Assembly (NCBI GenBank): GCA_022837635.1
Contig: JALHFY010000001.1
Location: forward strand, 160,136-224,135
Source: Candidatus Shapirobacteria bacterium
GTDB lineage: Bacteria > Patescibacteriota > Microgenomatia > UBA12405
DNA: 64,000 bases
Reading direction: 5' to 3'
Shown: piece by piece, positions 45,901 through 55,263 of the stretch
How the letters are laid out: each line of letters opens with the position of its first letter
Position numbering within the stretch: the stretch's first letter is position 1
Notes under the pieces: generated by a model
The model's database searches: none
Told to the model about the DNA's origin: nothing
The model's input: the letters and a program-made list of their open reading frames with translations, nothing else
Translations under genes and position numbers: made by a program

Positions 45901-46321
45901 CTTGTCCTTGAGCGCAGGCAGAGAGACAAACTAGGTCTTGATGGTATTTTTCCAATGATTCCCAATCAATGCGAGGCTTGTAATAAAAACCTTCGCGGTG
46001 ACTGATGCTGACCAGTTTCATCAGGTTTTTATAACCGGTGGTGTTTTTGGCTAATAAAACGAGGTGGTAATTTTTCCGGTTTTGAGAATTTTTTTCATGA
46101 CGGGAACCGGCGGTCATGTACATTTCTGCCCCAATTATCGGTTTAATATCGTTTTTAACGCAGACCTTATAAAATTCAATGGCGCCGTACATATTGCCAT
46201 GGTCGGTAATGGCACAGGCAGTAGCCCCCTGCTCTTTCAATAAAGGAATCAATTTTTTAGTTCTCGAAAGACCATCAAGAAGAGAGTATTCGGTGTGTAA
46301 GTGTAGATTAACAAAAGGCAT
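42914..46321 (-). CDS. dnaE: DNA polymerase III alpha subunit
   Basis: 1135 aa; PHP domain LHLHTEYSLLDG, polymerase core and OB-fold. Confidence 0.9.
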   Translation of the reverse strand: MPFVNLHLHTEYSLLDGLSRTKKLIPLLKEQGATACAITDHGNMYGAIEFYKVCVKNDIKPIIGAEMYMTAGSRHEKNSQNRKNYHLVLLAKNTTGYKNLMKLVSISHREGFYYKPRIDWESLEKYHQDLVCLSACAQGQVAAEILEDKYDKAKETAARFQKLFADDYYLEIQRHPGIEEQEQANAGIIKISRELGIPLVATNDCHYLKPEDAFAQDVLMMINTQTTINDQNRLTMVNTPDFYVKSPQEMTKLFSDYPEAIDNTQKIADKCDLNIELGKWYFPKFKLPPNLTAEEALRQKVFAGAKEIYGQKLSPEITERLEYELEIICSKGYAAYFLIMHDFILWCEKNDTPTNTRGSAGGSLVSYVLGIVSVDPLVYGLPFERFLNRDRPSPPDIDLDIADDQRQSMLFHIIQQYGEDSFAQICTFGRMMARGAVRDTARVLGYEYAVGDKISKLIPLGSQGFPMSIDKALNITPELKQLYDTDPDSKKIMDTARQIEGCARHISVHACAIVISPTTVQDFSPIQTESGGEKPITQYEMHACEDIGLIKFDILGIRNLSFLRQAVINVRKNQGIEVNLKKIPLDDKKTFEMLSRGDTMGVFQLSGEGMTKWLKELQPNRVEDLMAMVALYRPGPMAIIPEYIARKKDPSKIEYFDPKMKDILKASYGLLVYQDDCLYTAIELAGYNWVEVDKFRKAIGKKIPEEMAAQKEKFISGCVTNGYTQKKAEEIFKLIEPFTSYGFNKAHAASYGMLAYRTAYMKANYPVEYMCALLTAEADDLEKVAAGVEECRKMGIIVLPPDINFSQKGFEFEKNDQSLESMAIRVGLSAIKNVGNIAIDLIIEERNKNGPFQSFTDFCLRVSGQKVNKKVLESLIKVGAFDSFGERNAILAGMDEIRNRSSKLNDKKNSGQFGLFDSTDTPHLIPEDVFPQVEAMPEKERLAQEKTLLGIYITENPIHKILSPFRHALLDNIAEIKTKKQNDTVKFAAVVQKFKIIHTKKDNSAMAFVTFDDGQEQIEAVVFPKAYMAFKNLLEENKGLFVEGKISLRDNVISVLVDMLSETLPKNVSAYDFIIDIPEGTSASTLMELDRLLKNHPNGHRGLIVLPNKKEIKLTYGVHYNSDLEAKIQKLLKHS

Positions 46322-46409
46322 CTATTTAATTATCGATGTTTAATCTGCAATCTTCAATTGTAAAAAGTGGGTCAAAAGGAGGCAGTGCCAAGAAAATGCG
46401 GTTATTACA

Positions 46410-47309
46410 TCACATTTTTTTTAGGGCGGCAATACGGTCTGAAATGGGAGGGTGGGTGGAAAAAAGATTGGCCAGTTTTTGACCTTTGAAAGGGTTATTG
46501 ATGTAAAGAGAGTCGGTGGCTTTGGAAGCTTGAAGAAAAGGAGTAGAATCAGAGTCGATTTTTTGGAGAGCGCCAATTAAACCTGAGGGTTGACGGGTGA
46601 GAGACACACTGGAAGCATCGGCAAAAAATTCACGACGACGGGAAATAGCCAATTGAATTAATCGAGAAATGAGTGGAGCAAAAATAAGCAAAAAGATACC
46701 CAAGATTTGAAAAAGGCCTTGATGTTGACGATGGTGTGGAGAGTATTTGTCATCATCATCGTCTTTATAACTAATAAAAGAAGAGCGGTTGGTAAAGTTA
46801 ATTAAAGCTGAGATAGTGCCAATTAAAACGGAGACGACGGTCATAAGTAGAGTGTCGTAGTTTTTAATATGAGACAGTTCATGACCAATAACACCTTCTA
46901 ATTCAGTGCGATTTAATTCGCGTAAAAGTCCGGTAGTGGCGCAGATGGAGGCATGTTGAGGTGAACGGCCGGTGGCAAAGGCGTTCATAGCCGGAGAATC
47001 GATAACGTAGATTTTAGGCATGGGAATGGCGGCGGCTTTGGCTAGATTTTCAGTAACAGTATAAAATTCAAAAAAATTTTTTTTATCAGCGGCCACAGCT
47101 TGGTTCAAAGAAAGAACAATTTTATCACCGAGAAAATAACTGCTAAAAGCTGAAATAGCGGAATAAGTTAGAGCTAGGGGTAAAAAAACCTGACTATCAA
47201 AACTGTAGCTGAGAATGTAGCCGGTAGCAGAGATAAAACAGACAAAAAGGACGATGATGAAAAAGGAGCGCCGTTTATTGTCGGCTACTGCCTGATAAAA
47301 ACTAGCCAT
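46410..47309 (-). CDS. htpX: M48 zinc metalloprotease HtpX-like
   Basis: HELSHIKNYD (HExxH), TM helices. Confidence 0.8.
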   Translation of the reverse strand: MASFYQAVADNKRRSFFIIVLFVCFISATGYILSYSFDSQVFLPLALTYSAISAFSSYFLGDKIVLSLNQAVAADKKNFFEFYTVTENLAKAAAIPMPKIYVIDSPAMNAFATGRSPQHASICATTGLLRELNRTELEGVIGHELSHIKNYDTLLMTVVSVLIGTISALINFTNRSSFISYKDDDDDKYSPHHRQHQGLFQILGIFLLIFAPLISRLIQLAISRRREFFADASSVSLTRQPSGLIGALQKIDSDSTPFLQASKATDSLYINNPFKGQKLANLFSTHPPISDRIAALKKM

Positions 47310-47314
47310 CTAAA

Positions 47315-47893
47315 TTAAAGTTGAACTTTAGGAGTCTTGGTTTCAGTATCGGAGACGGAAGTAACTTCAGGACTATCGGGGGTGCTTAAACCACTCTTTT
47401 TAGTGAAACCGAAAAGTGGTGCAATCCAAACTCCGGGAATAGTGCTGATTTTTAGATTGTAATCGGCGGAAAGATCAATGTAGGTTCGACGAGCGTACAT
47501 AATTTTGTCAGCGGTATCGCGGAGTTCGTTCATCATGTTGTCGACTAATCCGGAAGCTTGAATTTCAGGATTAGATTCGGCGATAACTCGGAGTGAACTG
47601 ACTGTTTTACTGATTAAATCCTGAGCTTTATCAATTTTTTGTGGATCTTTAGAAGAAATAGCTTCGTCTACCATTTTACGGGCATTGGTCAGGGCGGTAA
47701 AAACATCTTTTTCATGTTTCATATAGCCCTTCACAGATTCAATTAGATTGGGAATAAGTTGAGCTTGACGTTTAAGTTGATTACCGATTTCTTGGAGGGA
47801 AGCGCCAATACGGACTTCGGTGGTTTTGAGACTGTTGTAAAAAAAGATGATATAGAAAACTAAGACAGCGAGGATAGCGATTAAAATAGTCAT
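47315..47893 (-). CDS. lemA: LemA family protein
   Basis: N-terminal TM + LemA core; canonical LemA-HtpX pairing. Confidence 0.75.
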   Translation of the reverse strand: MTILIAILAVLVFYIIFFYNSLKTTEVRIGASLQEIGNQLKRQAQLIPNLIESVKGYMKHEKDVFTALTNARKMVDEAISSKDPQKIDKAQDLISKTVSSLRVIAESNPEIQASGLVDNMMNELRDTADKIMYARRTYIDLSADYNLKISTIPGVWIAPLFGFTKKSGLSTPDSPEVTSVSDTETKTPKVQL

Positions 47894-47899
47894 AATTAA

Positions 47900-48913
47900 T
47901 TATAGCATTTTATAAATTTCTAATTCGTTTTTGCCAAGGCGTTTTTGAGGGGGAATGTATTTAAGTTTAAGGAATTTATAAAAGTCCTGTTCATTGTCGA
48001 ATTTATGTAACTTACCGGTTTTTAAGTTTTTGATGCCATATTCGGAGAGAGAAAAACCCATTTTAAGAGCATGTCGACGCAGGATGATATTGTGTTGGCG
48101 AGAACCGGTGAAATGCTGTAAAAGAGCACCGAAACTGGCTTTAGGTTTAACCATGAGATCGACATGAATATCATGAAGGAGACGAAGGCTGGCTTTGTCT
48201 TGACCGCGAATAATGGTTTGGACAGATTTTGGGTATTCTAAAAATTGAGTAATGATTTTTTGGGAATTATCAGAAGCGGCGGCAATATCAATATCGCCAA
48301 CAGTTGATTGTTCTCTGCGCAAAGAGCCTAGAGCGATAAATTCCGTCTTAGGAAAATATTTCTTAAGATAAGTAATAATTTCATTGGCAATTTTTTGAGC
48401 CTTTTTCAGAGGCATTCTTTTACCCCGACCTAAAAAAGACAGAGTATTTTCCAAAATCATCTGTTGAGATTTTTCCCCAAAGCTAGGTAAATCTTTTATT
48501 TTATCTTGTTGAGCGTAGGTAATTAATTGTTCTAAGGCTTTTTCCGGTTGAGGTGAGAATTTGAGACTTTGAGTGAGTTTGTAGGCAATCAGAGGTCCAA
48601 TACTGTTAATTTTTTCAAAGGTAAAGATGGCTGGATGGAGAGAGTTTAAGATTTTTTGTGTAGGAGGATAGATTTTCCCGGTCTTAAAGAGATAATCAAT
48701 TTTTTTAAGAATAGCAGGGCCAATATTGGGAACTAAATCAAGGTTTTGAGGATCTTTAAGCCAGAGGTCATAGAGTGATTCGGGATAAGTGAGGATAGTT
48801 TCGGCGGCGTTTTGATAAGCCATAATGCGGAAGCGATTTTTTCTTTTGATTTCGTAAGCAGTGGCAATATTTTGTAACAATTCAGCAACTTGGGAATTGG
48901 TGAAAATCTCCAT
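47900..48913 (-). CDS. DNA polymerase X family (pol beta-like), no PHP domain
   Basis: Start moved to MEIFTNSQ (ORF-track N-terminus overlaps tRNA-Asp); GSLRREQSTVGDIDI nucleotidyltransferase motif, HhH. Confidence 0.65.
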   Translation of the reverse strand: MEIFTNSQVAELLQNIATAYEIKRKNRFRIMAYQNAAETILTYPESLYDLWLKDPQNLDLVPNIGPAILKKIDYLFKTGKIYPPTQKILNSLHPAIFTFEKINSIGPLIAYKLTQSLKFSPQPEKALEQLITYAQQDKIKDLPSFGEKSQQMILENTLSFLGRGKRMPLKKAQKIANEIITYLKKYFPKTEFIALGSLRREQSTVGDIDIAAASDNSQKIITQFLEYPKSVQTIIRGQDKASLRLLHDIHVDLMVKPKASFGALLQHFTGSRQHNIILRRHALKMGFSLSEYGIKNLKTGKLHKFDNEQDFYKFLKLKYIPPQKRLGKNELEIYKML

Positions 48914-48935
48914 ATATGTTATATTATCAGGACTT

Positions 48936-49009
48936 GGGCTCGTGGTGCAGCGGTCTAGCACATCCGCCTGTCACGCGGAAGATCGTGGGTTCAAATCCCA
49001 TCGGGCCCG
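48936..49009 (+). tRNA. tRNA-Asp(GTC)
   Basis: Anticodon stem TCCGC/GCGGA loop CTGTCAC. Confidence 0.85.
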
Positions 49010-49015
49010 CTTTAT

Positions 49016-49045
49016 CCGCCGTAGTGAAACGAAGGTGGTTTTTTT
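49016..49045 (+). terminator. Candidate intrinsic terminator after tRNA-Asp
   Basis: CCGCC-gtagtgaaacgaa-GGTGG then TTTTTTT. Confidence 0.35.
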
Positions 49046-49200
49046 GCCTATCCAAATAGCAATACGTAATACTACTATGATCAGGATGACATAAATGAGA
49101 TTGTTGATGAGCAATTAAGTGATCAATATTAACTTCTGTAGGAAAAATCTTAGGTAAAAAAAGTGTGTTTGTAGACTTGATTATCTAGTATAATTTCGAT

Positions 49201-49901
49201 GTGAGACGGGTAATAAAGAATTTTTTGGTAAATAAAATGAATAGAACTTTTGAGAGAAGTTGGTGGTTAGTCAATAAAAAAATTTTGGATTTTAGAAAAT
49301 CAAGCGATAAAAAAATTAAAATACTTGATATTGGTTGTGCTGATTTTTCGATTACTGATCAATATTTGAAAGATGTAAAAAATTATGAACTTTATGCAGT
49401 TGATTATTTTGAGAAGGTTAAAAGAAAAGATGTGAAGTATAAGCAAGTTAATTTAGAACGAGGCCAACTCCCCTTTCCTGATAATAAATTTGAAGTGGTG
49501 ATAGCTGGACAAGTGATTGAGCATGTATTAAATAAAGACATTTTTTTGAAAGAATGCCATAGAGTCTTAAAAAAAGGAGCTTTGTTTGTGCTACCGAGAA
49601 TATTGCTTCGTTTGATAATATTTTTAGTTTGATGTTGGGACAAGAACCTTTATCACAACATACGGGATCAAGATTTTACACAAGTTCTTGGTTGTCGCCT
49701 CATTTTATGAAAAGAATTCCAGGAAAAACGGGTAATAGATATTTACATAAAAACGTATGTTCTTATTATGGTCTTCAAAGACTATTAAAAGTTAATGGTT
49801 TTAAGAGTTTTGAAATGATTTCGTTGGGTAATGTTAATGTGATTCTGGAAAAAATATTTAAGCCCTATAATAGGTTATTAGTAATTTCTGCGATTAAATA
49901 A
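49201..49901 (+). pseudogene. Class I SAM-dependent methyltransferase, apparently frameshifted (two ORFs 49201-49632 and 49629-49901)
   Basis: Motif I ILDIGCADF, motif post-I VVIAGQVIEHV in frame 1; continuation LATENIASFDNIFSLM in frame 3; switch near A7 run at 49569-49575. Confidence 0.5.
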
Positions 49902-49922
49902 AAATCAATTTCGAGGGATTTT

Positions 49923-50534
49923 TTATTCTAAAATCCCATCGAGATTGACGTCGTAGAGGATTTCTTCGGAAACCAGTCGGTAGCTGAGAATTTCTTCAGG
50001 CTTAAACCAAATAGCCATTTCAGCTTTGGCTTCCTCTACTGATCCAGAGGCGTGAATGATATTTCGAACAGCTCTTTTGTCGCCATCAGCGGCACTATAA
50101 GAATCGATAGTATAGTCACCTCTAATAGTGCCTGGGACTGAAGTGAGAGGTTCGGTACCACCAGTGATTTTTCGAATAACACCAATGGCATTCATCCCCT
50201 GCCAAAGCATAGCAACCACAGGACCGCTACTTAAAAAGGAAACCAATTGTTTTCGTACAGCTTCAGCCAATTCAACAGGATCTTCGGTAGGAGGGGTTAA
50301 ACCTTTGGCTTTCCAAGATTCAATGGATTTGGTACCGGTTTTAACAGCCCATTCAGGATCAACGGAATAATGGGCTAGAGCTTGTTCTTTAGTAGGAATG
50401 ACAATTTTAAGTGCTACTAATTTGAGTCCACATTGCTCATAACGACGGATACTTTCGCCAATAAGACCTCTTTGGACACCATCGGGTTTGACTAAAACTA
50501 AGCTTTGTTCTTGTTTACTATCGTAATTAATCAT
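49923..50534 (-). CDS. ndk: Nucleoside diphosphate kinase (with internal insertion)
   Basis: LVLVKPDGVQRGLIGE, NIIHASGS (NxxHxSD/GS). Confidence 0.8.
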   Translation of the reverse strand: MINYDSKQEQSLVLVKPDGVQRGLIGESIRRYEQCGLKLVALKIVIPTKEQALAHYSVDPEWAVKTGTKSIESWKAKGLTPPTEDPVELAEAVRKQLVSFLSSGPVVAMLWQGMNAIGVIRKITGGTEPLTSVPGTIRGDYTIDSYSAADGDKRAVRNIIHASGSVEEAKAEMAIWFKPEEILSYRLVSEEILYDVNLDGILE

Positions 50535-50590
50535 GACCTATTGTCATAGATTAAGGACTTTTTTTCAAGACATAAAAAGCTATTGACATA

Positions 50591-50914
50591 TTGATGATTG
50601 TTTATATAATGGCAACAATGGATAAAGTTTACAAATCTTTGGCTGAGGTCAATAGACGAAAAATAATTTTTTGGTTGAGTTTGGGAGAAATGAATGTGGG
50701 AGAAATTGTGAAAAAACTAAATATTTCTCAGGCAACAGTGTCAAGTCACTTAGCCTTATTGAAAAAATCCGGTTTGGTGGAATCTAGAATTTCGGGAAAA
50801 GAAAGAATATATAAGTTAAATTTGGAAAAGGCAAAAGCTTTTGTAAGAGAAATAAATAGGCTAATGTCTTTAGAGAATCAAATAGGTAGTGATGAAATAA
50901 TTATACGGAGATAA
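50591..50914 (+). CDS. ArsR/SmtB-family HTH transcriptional regulator
   Basis: LAEVNRRKIIFWL...ISQATVSSHLALLKKSGLV winged-helix pattern. Confidence 0.6.
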   Translation: MMIVYIMATMDKVYKSLAEVNRRKIIFWLSLGEMNVGEIVKKLNISQATVSSHLALLKKSGLVESRISGKERIYKLNLEKAKAFVREINRLMSLENQIGSDEIIIRR

Positions 50915-50957
50915 TCAAGGTCTGGGAGTTGACTATAGGCCGTTTTTGAGATAAGTT

Positions 50958-51488
50958 GTGTGTATGATAAGAAAAACAAAAAAGCAGGAAAAAAGATCAA
51001 CTGAAGATATTATCAGTATGGTCTTAGGTTTAGTCATTGTATTAGTTTTAGCTTTATCGATTTTCAAGTTTTTTGAGAGAAATAAGGGGAAAATTGATAT
51101 TCCTGGAATCAGTCTGAAAACGGAAGAGATGTTGGAGGAAAAAAGAGAGACTGAAAATATGATTAAAGTGGTTAAAGGACAGACTTTATGGCAGATAGCT
51201 GAGGAAAAATATGGTGATGGTTTTAAGTGGAATGAAATTGCCAAGGCTAATAAGATTGATAATCCCAACAAAATTGAAGTTGGACAAGAATTAGTTTTAC
51301 CTGAAATTGAGGGACAAGAAGCAGAAGAAATTCCTGAAGAATATATAGTGGTAGCTGGCGATAGTCTATGGAAAATTGCGACTAGATTTTATAAAGATGG
51401 CTATCAATGGACAAAAATTTGGCAGAAAAATCAAGATAAACTGAGAAATCCTGATCAGTTGGAAATCGGGATGAAACTGGCTTTGTGA
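50958..51488 (+). CDS. Membrane-anchored protein with two LysM domains
   Basis: VVKGQTLWQIAEEKYG...VGQELVLP and VVAGDSLWKIATRFY...IGMKLAL. Confidence 0.6.
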   Translation: MCMIRKTKKQEKRSTEDIISMVLGLVIVLVLALSIFKFFERNKGKIDIPGISLKTEEMLEEKRETENMIKVVKGQTLWQIAEEKYGDGFKWNEIAKANKIDNPNKIEVGQELVLPEIEGQEAEEIPEEYIVVAGDSLWKIATRFYKDGYQWTKIWQKNQDKLRNPDQLEIGMKLAL

Positions 51489-51504
51489 TAAAATTCTTTT
51501 AGAA

Positions 51505-51575
51505 GCGGCTATGGTTTAGTGGTAAAATGAATCCTTCCCAAGGATTAGTCGAGGGTCCGATTCCCTCTAGCCGCT
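51505..51575 (+). tRNA. tRNA-Gly(CCC)
   Basis: Acceptor GCGGCTA/TAGCCGC, anticodon stem AATCC/GGATT loop TTCCCAA. Confidence 0.8.
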
Positions 51576-51579
51576 CAAA

Positions 51580-51652
51580 GCCGGAGTAGCTCAGTTGGTA
51601 GAGCAGGGCTTTCGTAAAGCCAAGGTCGGGAGTTCAACTCTCCCCTTCGGCT
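51580..51652 (+). tRNA. tRNA-Thr(CGT)
   Basis: Acceptor GCCGGAG/CTTCGGC, anticodon loop TTCGTAA (27-43 mismatch). Confidence 0.75.
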
Positions 51653-51662
51653 CTTAAAAAAA

Positions 51663-52400
51663 ATGAAAAAAACACCAGAATTTTTTAAAAAAAATCCTCG
51701 TTCCCGTTTGGATAGAAAAACAGACGAGGAAATTACTAAAAAGACAGTACTTTTAGGAGGCTTAACTCTTGGGCTACTAGTTATTTTAGTAATTTTTGGG
51801 TTACCACTTTTAATTAGATTATCGGTAATGTTGGGTAATAATCATCGTGATAATACGGCTAATCAGGAAAAACTTTTACCTCCACTACCGCCACGTTTGG
51901 TAACTTCATTAGAGGCGACTAATAGTGCTAATTTTTCAATTTCCGGAGTGGCTGAACCTCAAGTAGAGGTGGAGTTATTTAAGAATGATATAACTGCCGG
52001 TAAGACTAACACCGATGAAAAAGGTGGTTTTACATTTACGGATATTATTTTGGAAAAAGGCGGTAATACTTTTACAGCAATAGCGGCTAAAGAAAAGGAA
52101 GGTAAAAGTGAATTATCTAAAGCGGTGACAATTATGTATGATGATAAACCACCGACTTTAGTGATGACCAATCCGAGTGAGGATAAATTGGAGGTAGATT
52201 ATTCGGATTTTGATATTATCGGAAAGAGTGATTCGGGTGTTAGTGTAACTGTTAATGGTCGAGTAGCTTTAGTTGATGATGAAGGTGGATTTAAGCTCAA
52301 ATACCAATTAAATTCAGGAAAAAATAGTTTAGAGATAGTGGCTAGAAATGTAGCTGGGAATGAAAGTCGAAAAACTATCGAGATAAGTTACGAAATCTAA
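51663..52400 (+). CDS. Membrane-anchored protein with Ig-like beta-sandwich repeats
   Basis: N-terminal TM; repeated GGFTFTD / GGFKLKY beta-rich units. Confidence 0.3.
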   Translation: MKKTPEFFKKNPRSRLDRKTDEEITKKTVLLGGLTLGLLVILVIFGLPLLIRLSVMLGNNHRDNTANQEKLLPPLPPRLVTSLEATNSANFSISGVAEPQVEVELFKNDITAGKTNTDEKGGFTFTDIILEKGGNTFTAIAAKEKEGKSELSKAVTIMYDDKPPTLVMTNPSEDKLEVDYSDFDIIGKSDSGVSVTVNGRVALVDDEGGFKLKYQLNSGKNSLEIVARNVAGNESRKTIEISYEI

Positions 52401-53451
52401 ATTCAAGACTGAGATAAAACAATATCCAGGGATAGAGAAGTGAATTGGCAAAAAGAGAATGGACAAAAGTAGCTAACATTAGAGATTGCCAATAAAGATT
52501 AGTTTTTTTGAGTTCAAAACTGAATGGTTTTATAAATAGATATAAGCCGATAAGACCAGTGGTAACGGCGATAGTGAGTAGACTACTGTCAAAACCGGAA
52601 TGAGAGTGAGAGGTGGAATTGTTGGTAAGTTGGGGAATATTATTGTAACCAATTCCAAGTAGAGGTGAAATGGAAAAACTTTTGAAAGCTGTTTGGTAAT
52701 TGACAATTTTGGCTTTAATTGAGCTGCTTCGTTCTAACTTAGTCCCCTCTCCGGGCATACGAGGCAGGAGTAAGATAGTTAAACAGATAATTAGAAAAGT
52801 AGAGACAAAGATGAGAATTTTTTTGCTTTTGATTGAAATGTAAGTAAAAACTACAAATAAAGATAAAAGAGTGGAACGACTGTAGGTGAGGGCTAGGGCT
52901 AAATAAGCTAGAGAGATGAGTAGAAAATTAGGAAAATAAAAATAAAGTTTTAAAATAATAAACAGAAATAAGAGGGCGGTAAAAGTAGGATCAAGCAAGG
53001 TGCCGACCAGGCGGTAGAGATGGGGATCCCAATTAAGCGAGGAAAAAGCAGTCAAATCCGGCCAAATAAAATATTGGAGAAAAGCAAAAATGATAAAGGC
53101 GGCGAGAGTAGAATGAAAAATTTTTAAGTCTAAAGAATTAAGTTTTAAGGGAAAAATAAAAAAGGATAAAAGAGAACTGAGGCGAAGCCAGTAAAAAAAA
53201 GAGACGGCGGAAAATTTAAAGAAGAGAAGATTGATAACTAAAGTGAAGAAAGAGAAAATAATAAAATTTAAAAAATGTTGGGAGGATTTTTTAAATTTGA
53301 ATCGATGATCAAGTAGGTTGAAAAAAGCGAGAATGACAATAGTTAGGTCAAAGAGAGGAAAGGAAAAATTTAAAAAATTTAAGCGCAGTAATTGACCGAT
53401 AAAAAAAGCAAAGAAAGTTAAATAAAAAGCTATTCTTGTGATAAGTGCCAT
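52375..53451 (-). CDS. O-antigen ligase/polymerase-like (Wzy_C) polytopic membrane protein
   Basis: ~10 TM helices; LALTYSRSTLLSLF resembles Wzy_C SRgaxL loop. Confidence 0.5.
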   Translation of the reverse strand: MALITRIAFYLTFFAFFIGQLLRLNFLNFSFPLFDLTIVILAFFNLLDHRFKFKKSSQHFLNFIIFSFFTLVINLLFFKFSAVSFFYWLRLSSLLSFFIFPLKLNSLDLKIFHSTLAAFIIFAFLQYFIWPDLTAFSSLNWDPHLYRLVGTLLDPTFTALLFLFIILKLYFYFPNFLLISLAYLALALTYSRSTLLSLFVVFTYISIKSKKILIFVSTFLIICLTILLLPRMPGEGTKLERSSSIKAKIVNYQTAFKSFSISPLLGIGYNNIPQLTNNSTSHSHSGFDSSLLTIAVTTGLIGLYLFIKPFSFELKKTNLYWQSLMLATFVHSLFANSLLYPWILFYLSLEFRFRNLSR

Positions 53452-54194
53452 AGTTTGGCGCGGTTTAGAAAGCTATGAAGACTTATGGTTAGAGAGAGAA
53501 TGAGACCAGGAACACCGTCTAAAAAACCGAGTTTAAAAAAATAAAGATATTTGAATTTAAGTAAAGGATAAAAAATGATCTCTAAAAGATTGGTTTTATG
53601 ATGTTGGGAAAAGAGTTCTTGGGCACGGATACTTGAATAGAAATTAACTTTATCTAAAAAAGTATTAAGATTATCGAAAGAATAATGATTCAAAGAGGTG
53701 TGAGTGAAAATATTTTGACAGGATGAAGACCAAACTTCGTGAACTTTACCGGTAAATTTTCCATATTTTTTATTAAAGAGTTTGATGGGTTTATCATTTA
53801 AAACTTGACCATGAGTAATACTTTTTTCAAAATAAATTAGATGGCGTTTGAATGAATAGCATCTGTTGTTTTGAGGAATTAATTTGTTCAGATAATCAAT
53901 CATGTCGGGGTTGGGAATTTCGTCAGCGTCTAAAAACAGTACCCAGTTGTTTTTGGATTGACTGAGACCAAAATTCCTTTGGGCTGAGAAATCACTGTCC
54001 AGAGATCGGGTAAAAAATTTGACCGAAATTTTTTTGTTGGCCCAAGAGAAGGTAATTTTTTTAGTGTCGTCAGTAGAATAATCATCAACGACGATAATTT
54101 CATTGAGAGCTTTAATTTGGTTGAGCCAACTCTCCCACTCTTTGAGTTTTGAAGATTCGTTTTTGGTGAGTAGAAGAAGGGTGAGGTTATACAT
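53430..54194 (-). CDS. Family 2 glycosyltransferase
   Basis: TKNESSKL...EIIVVDDYSTDDT, LFLDADEIP (DxD). Confidence 0.7.
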   Translation of the reverse strand: MYNLTLLLLTKNESSKLKEWESWLNQIKALNEIIVVDDYSTDDTKKITFSWANKKISVKFFTRSLDSDFSAQRNFGLSQSKNNWVLFLDADEIPNPDMIDYLNKLIPQNNRCYSFKRHLIYFEKSITHGQVLNDKPIKLFNKKYGKFTGKVHEVWSSSCQNIFTHTSLNHYSFDNLNTFLDKVNFYSSIRAQELFSQHHKTNLLEIIFYPLLKFKYLYFFKLGFLDGVPGLILSLTISLHSFLNRAKLWHLSQE

Positions 54195-55242
54195 TTAATA
54201 TTTTAATTAGATTTTTTGTTGTGTGATTCCAATCAATTATACAATTTTTGAAGAATTTTATTTTTCGACTATTTATTATACTGTTAATTATTTTTCTACT
54301 AAGAGATATATTGGATATTGGTAATAATATTCCATTAATACCGTTCTGCACAATTTCACAGGTACCCCCTTCATTTGTTCCAATGATAAATAATTTTTTA
54401 TTAGTAGCTTCCAAGGTAGTTAAACCAAATGGTTCATTTATTTGATTTGCCATAAAAATATCGTATTTTTTATATATTGTATTTACTGATTCTGTAAAAT
54501 TTGGAAAAATTTTTGTTTGTGTACTAATAAATTTTTTAATATTATCGTGAGATGTTTTGCCGTATATATGTAGTTTAGGGTATACGTTAGATGAAATATG
54601 GTGACCTTTAAGCATGGATAATAAACCTAAAGAAAGAACTTTTTGATTGTTGATTTTGATTTGGTATATTTTTTTTATTTGTTTAATTGCTGGTATTAAG
54701 ACAATAGAATTCCTTTTATATATCTTTCTAAGATTATTCTGAGTAAAGTATGAATTTGAAATTATATGATGAGCTTTTTGACAGTTACGTTTATCAATAA
54801 TTTTGATAATGCTTCTAATTTTTCTTGATATCCATTTATTAATACAATTGTGTGAAAATGAAGTTGGTTCATAAAATTCTCGTTTTGGTTCCATGAACAT
54901 ATAGAATGTAGATTTATTTTTCAAATATTTTAATAAGTGAGGTGCTTGGGTTCTTTTACACGGGAAAACCAGAACAGCATCATATTTTTTATGATCAATT
55001 TCTCTCGCCATTCTCTTTTGTAATTTGGGTAAAACATAAATAACTTGATAAAGTTCTTGAAATAAGTTTTTTGGATCTGGTACATAGTGGATAAATTGTT
55101 GTGTTGTTTTAATGCTACTGGTTGGACTAAGAGAATAGTAATCTATTTGATAATTAAGATTGAGAAGTTTTTTGGAAATCTCATACATCTGATGCAGAGC
55201 TCCTCCCGGATATAAATTATGATATATTGCAATTTTCTTCAC
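54187..55242 (-). CDS. Family 1/4 glycosyltransferase (GT-B)
   Basis: C-terminal EPFGLTTLEA ... GGTCEIV; very AT-rich gene. Confidence 0.65.
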   Translation of the reverse strand: MKKIAIYHNLYPGGALHQMYEISKKLLNLNYQIDYYSLSPTSSIKTTQQFIHYVPDPKNLFQELYQVIYVLPKLQKRMAREIDHKKYDAVLVFPCKRTQAPHLLKYLKNKSTFYMFMEPKREFYEPTSFSHNCINKWISRKIRSIIKIIDKRNCQKAHHIISNSYFTQNNLRKIYKRNSIVLIPAIKQIKKIYQIKINNQKVLSLGLLSMLKGHHISSNVYPKLHIYGKTSHDNIKKFISTQTKIFPNFTESVNTIYKKYDIFMANQINEPFGLTTLEATNKKLFIIGTNEGGTCEIVQNGINGILLPISNISLSRKIINSIINSRKIKFFKNCIIDWNHTTKNLIKILNV

Positions 55243-55263
55243 AAATATTTAGTATTAATTATT

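Noticed and set aside
46322-46409. Small + strand ORF starting at ATG 46393 behind an AAAGGAGG Shine-Dalgarno-like string
   Set aside because: It reads antisense into htpX and is not conserved-looking. The SD-like string is more likely coincidental or part of dnaE/htpX regulatory sequence on the other strand.
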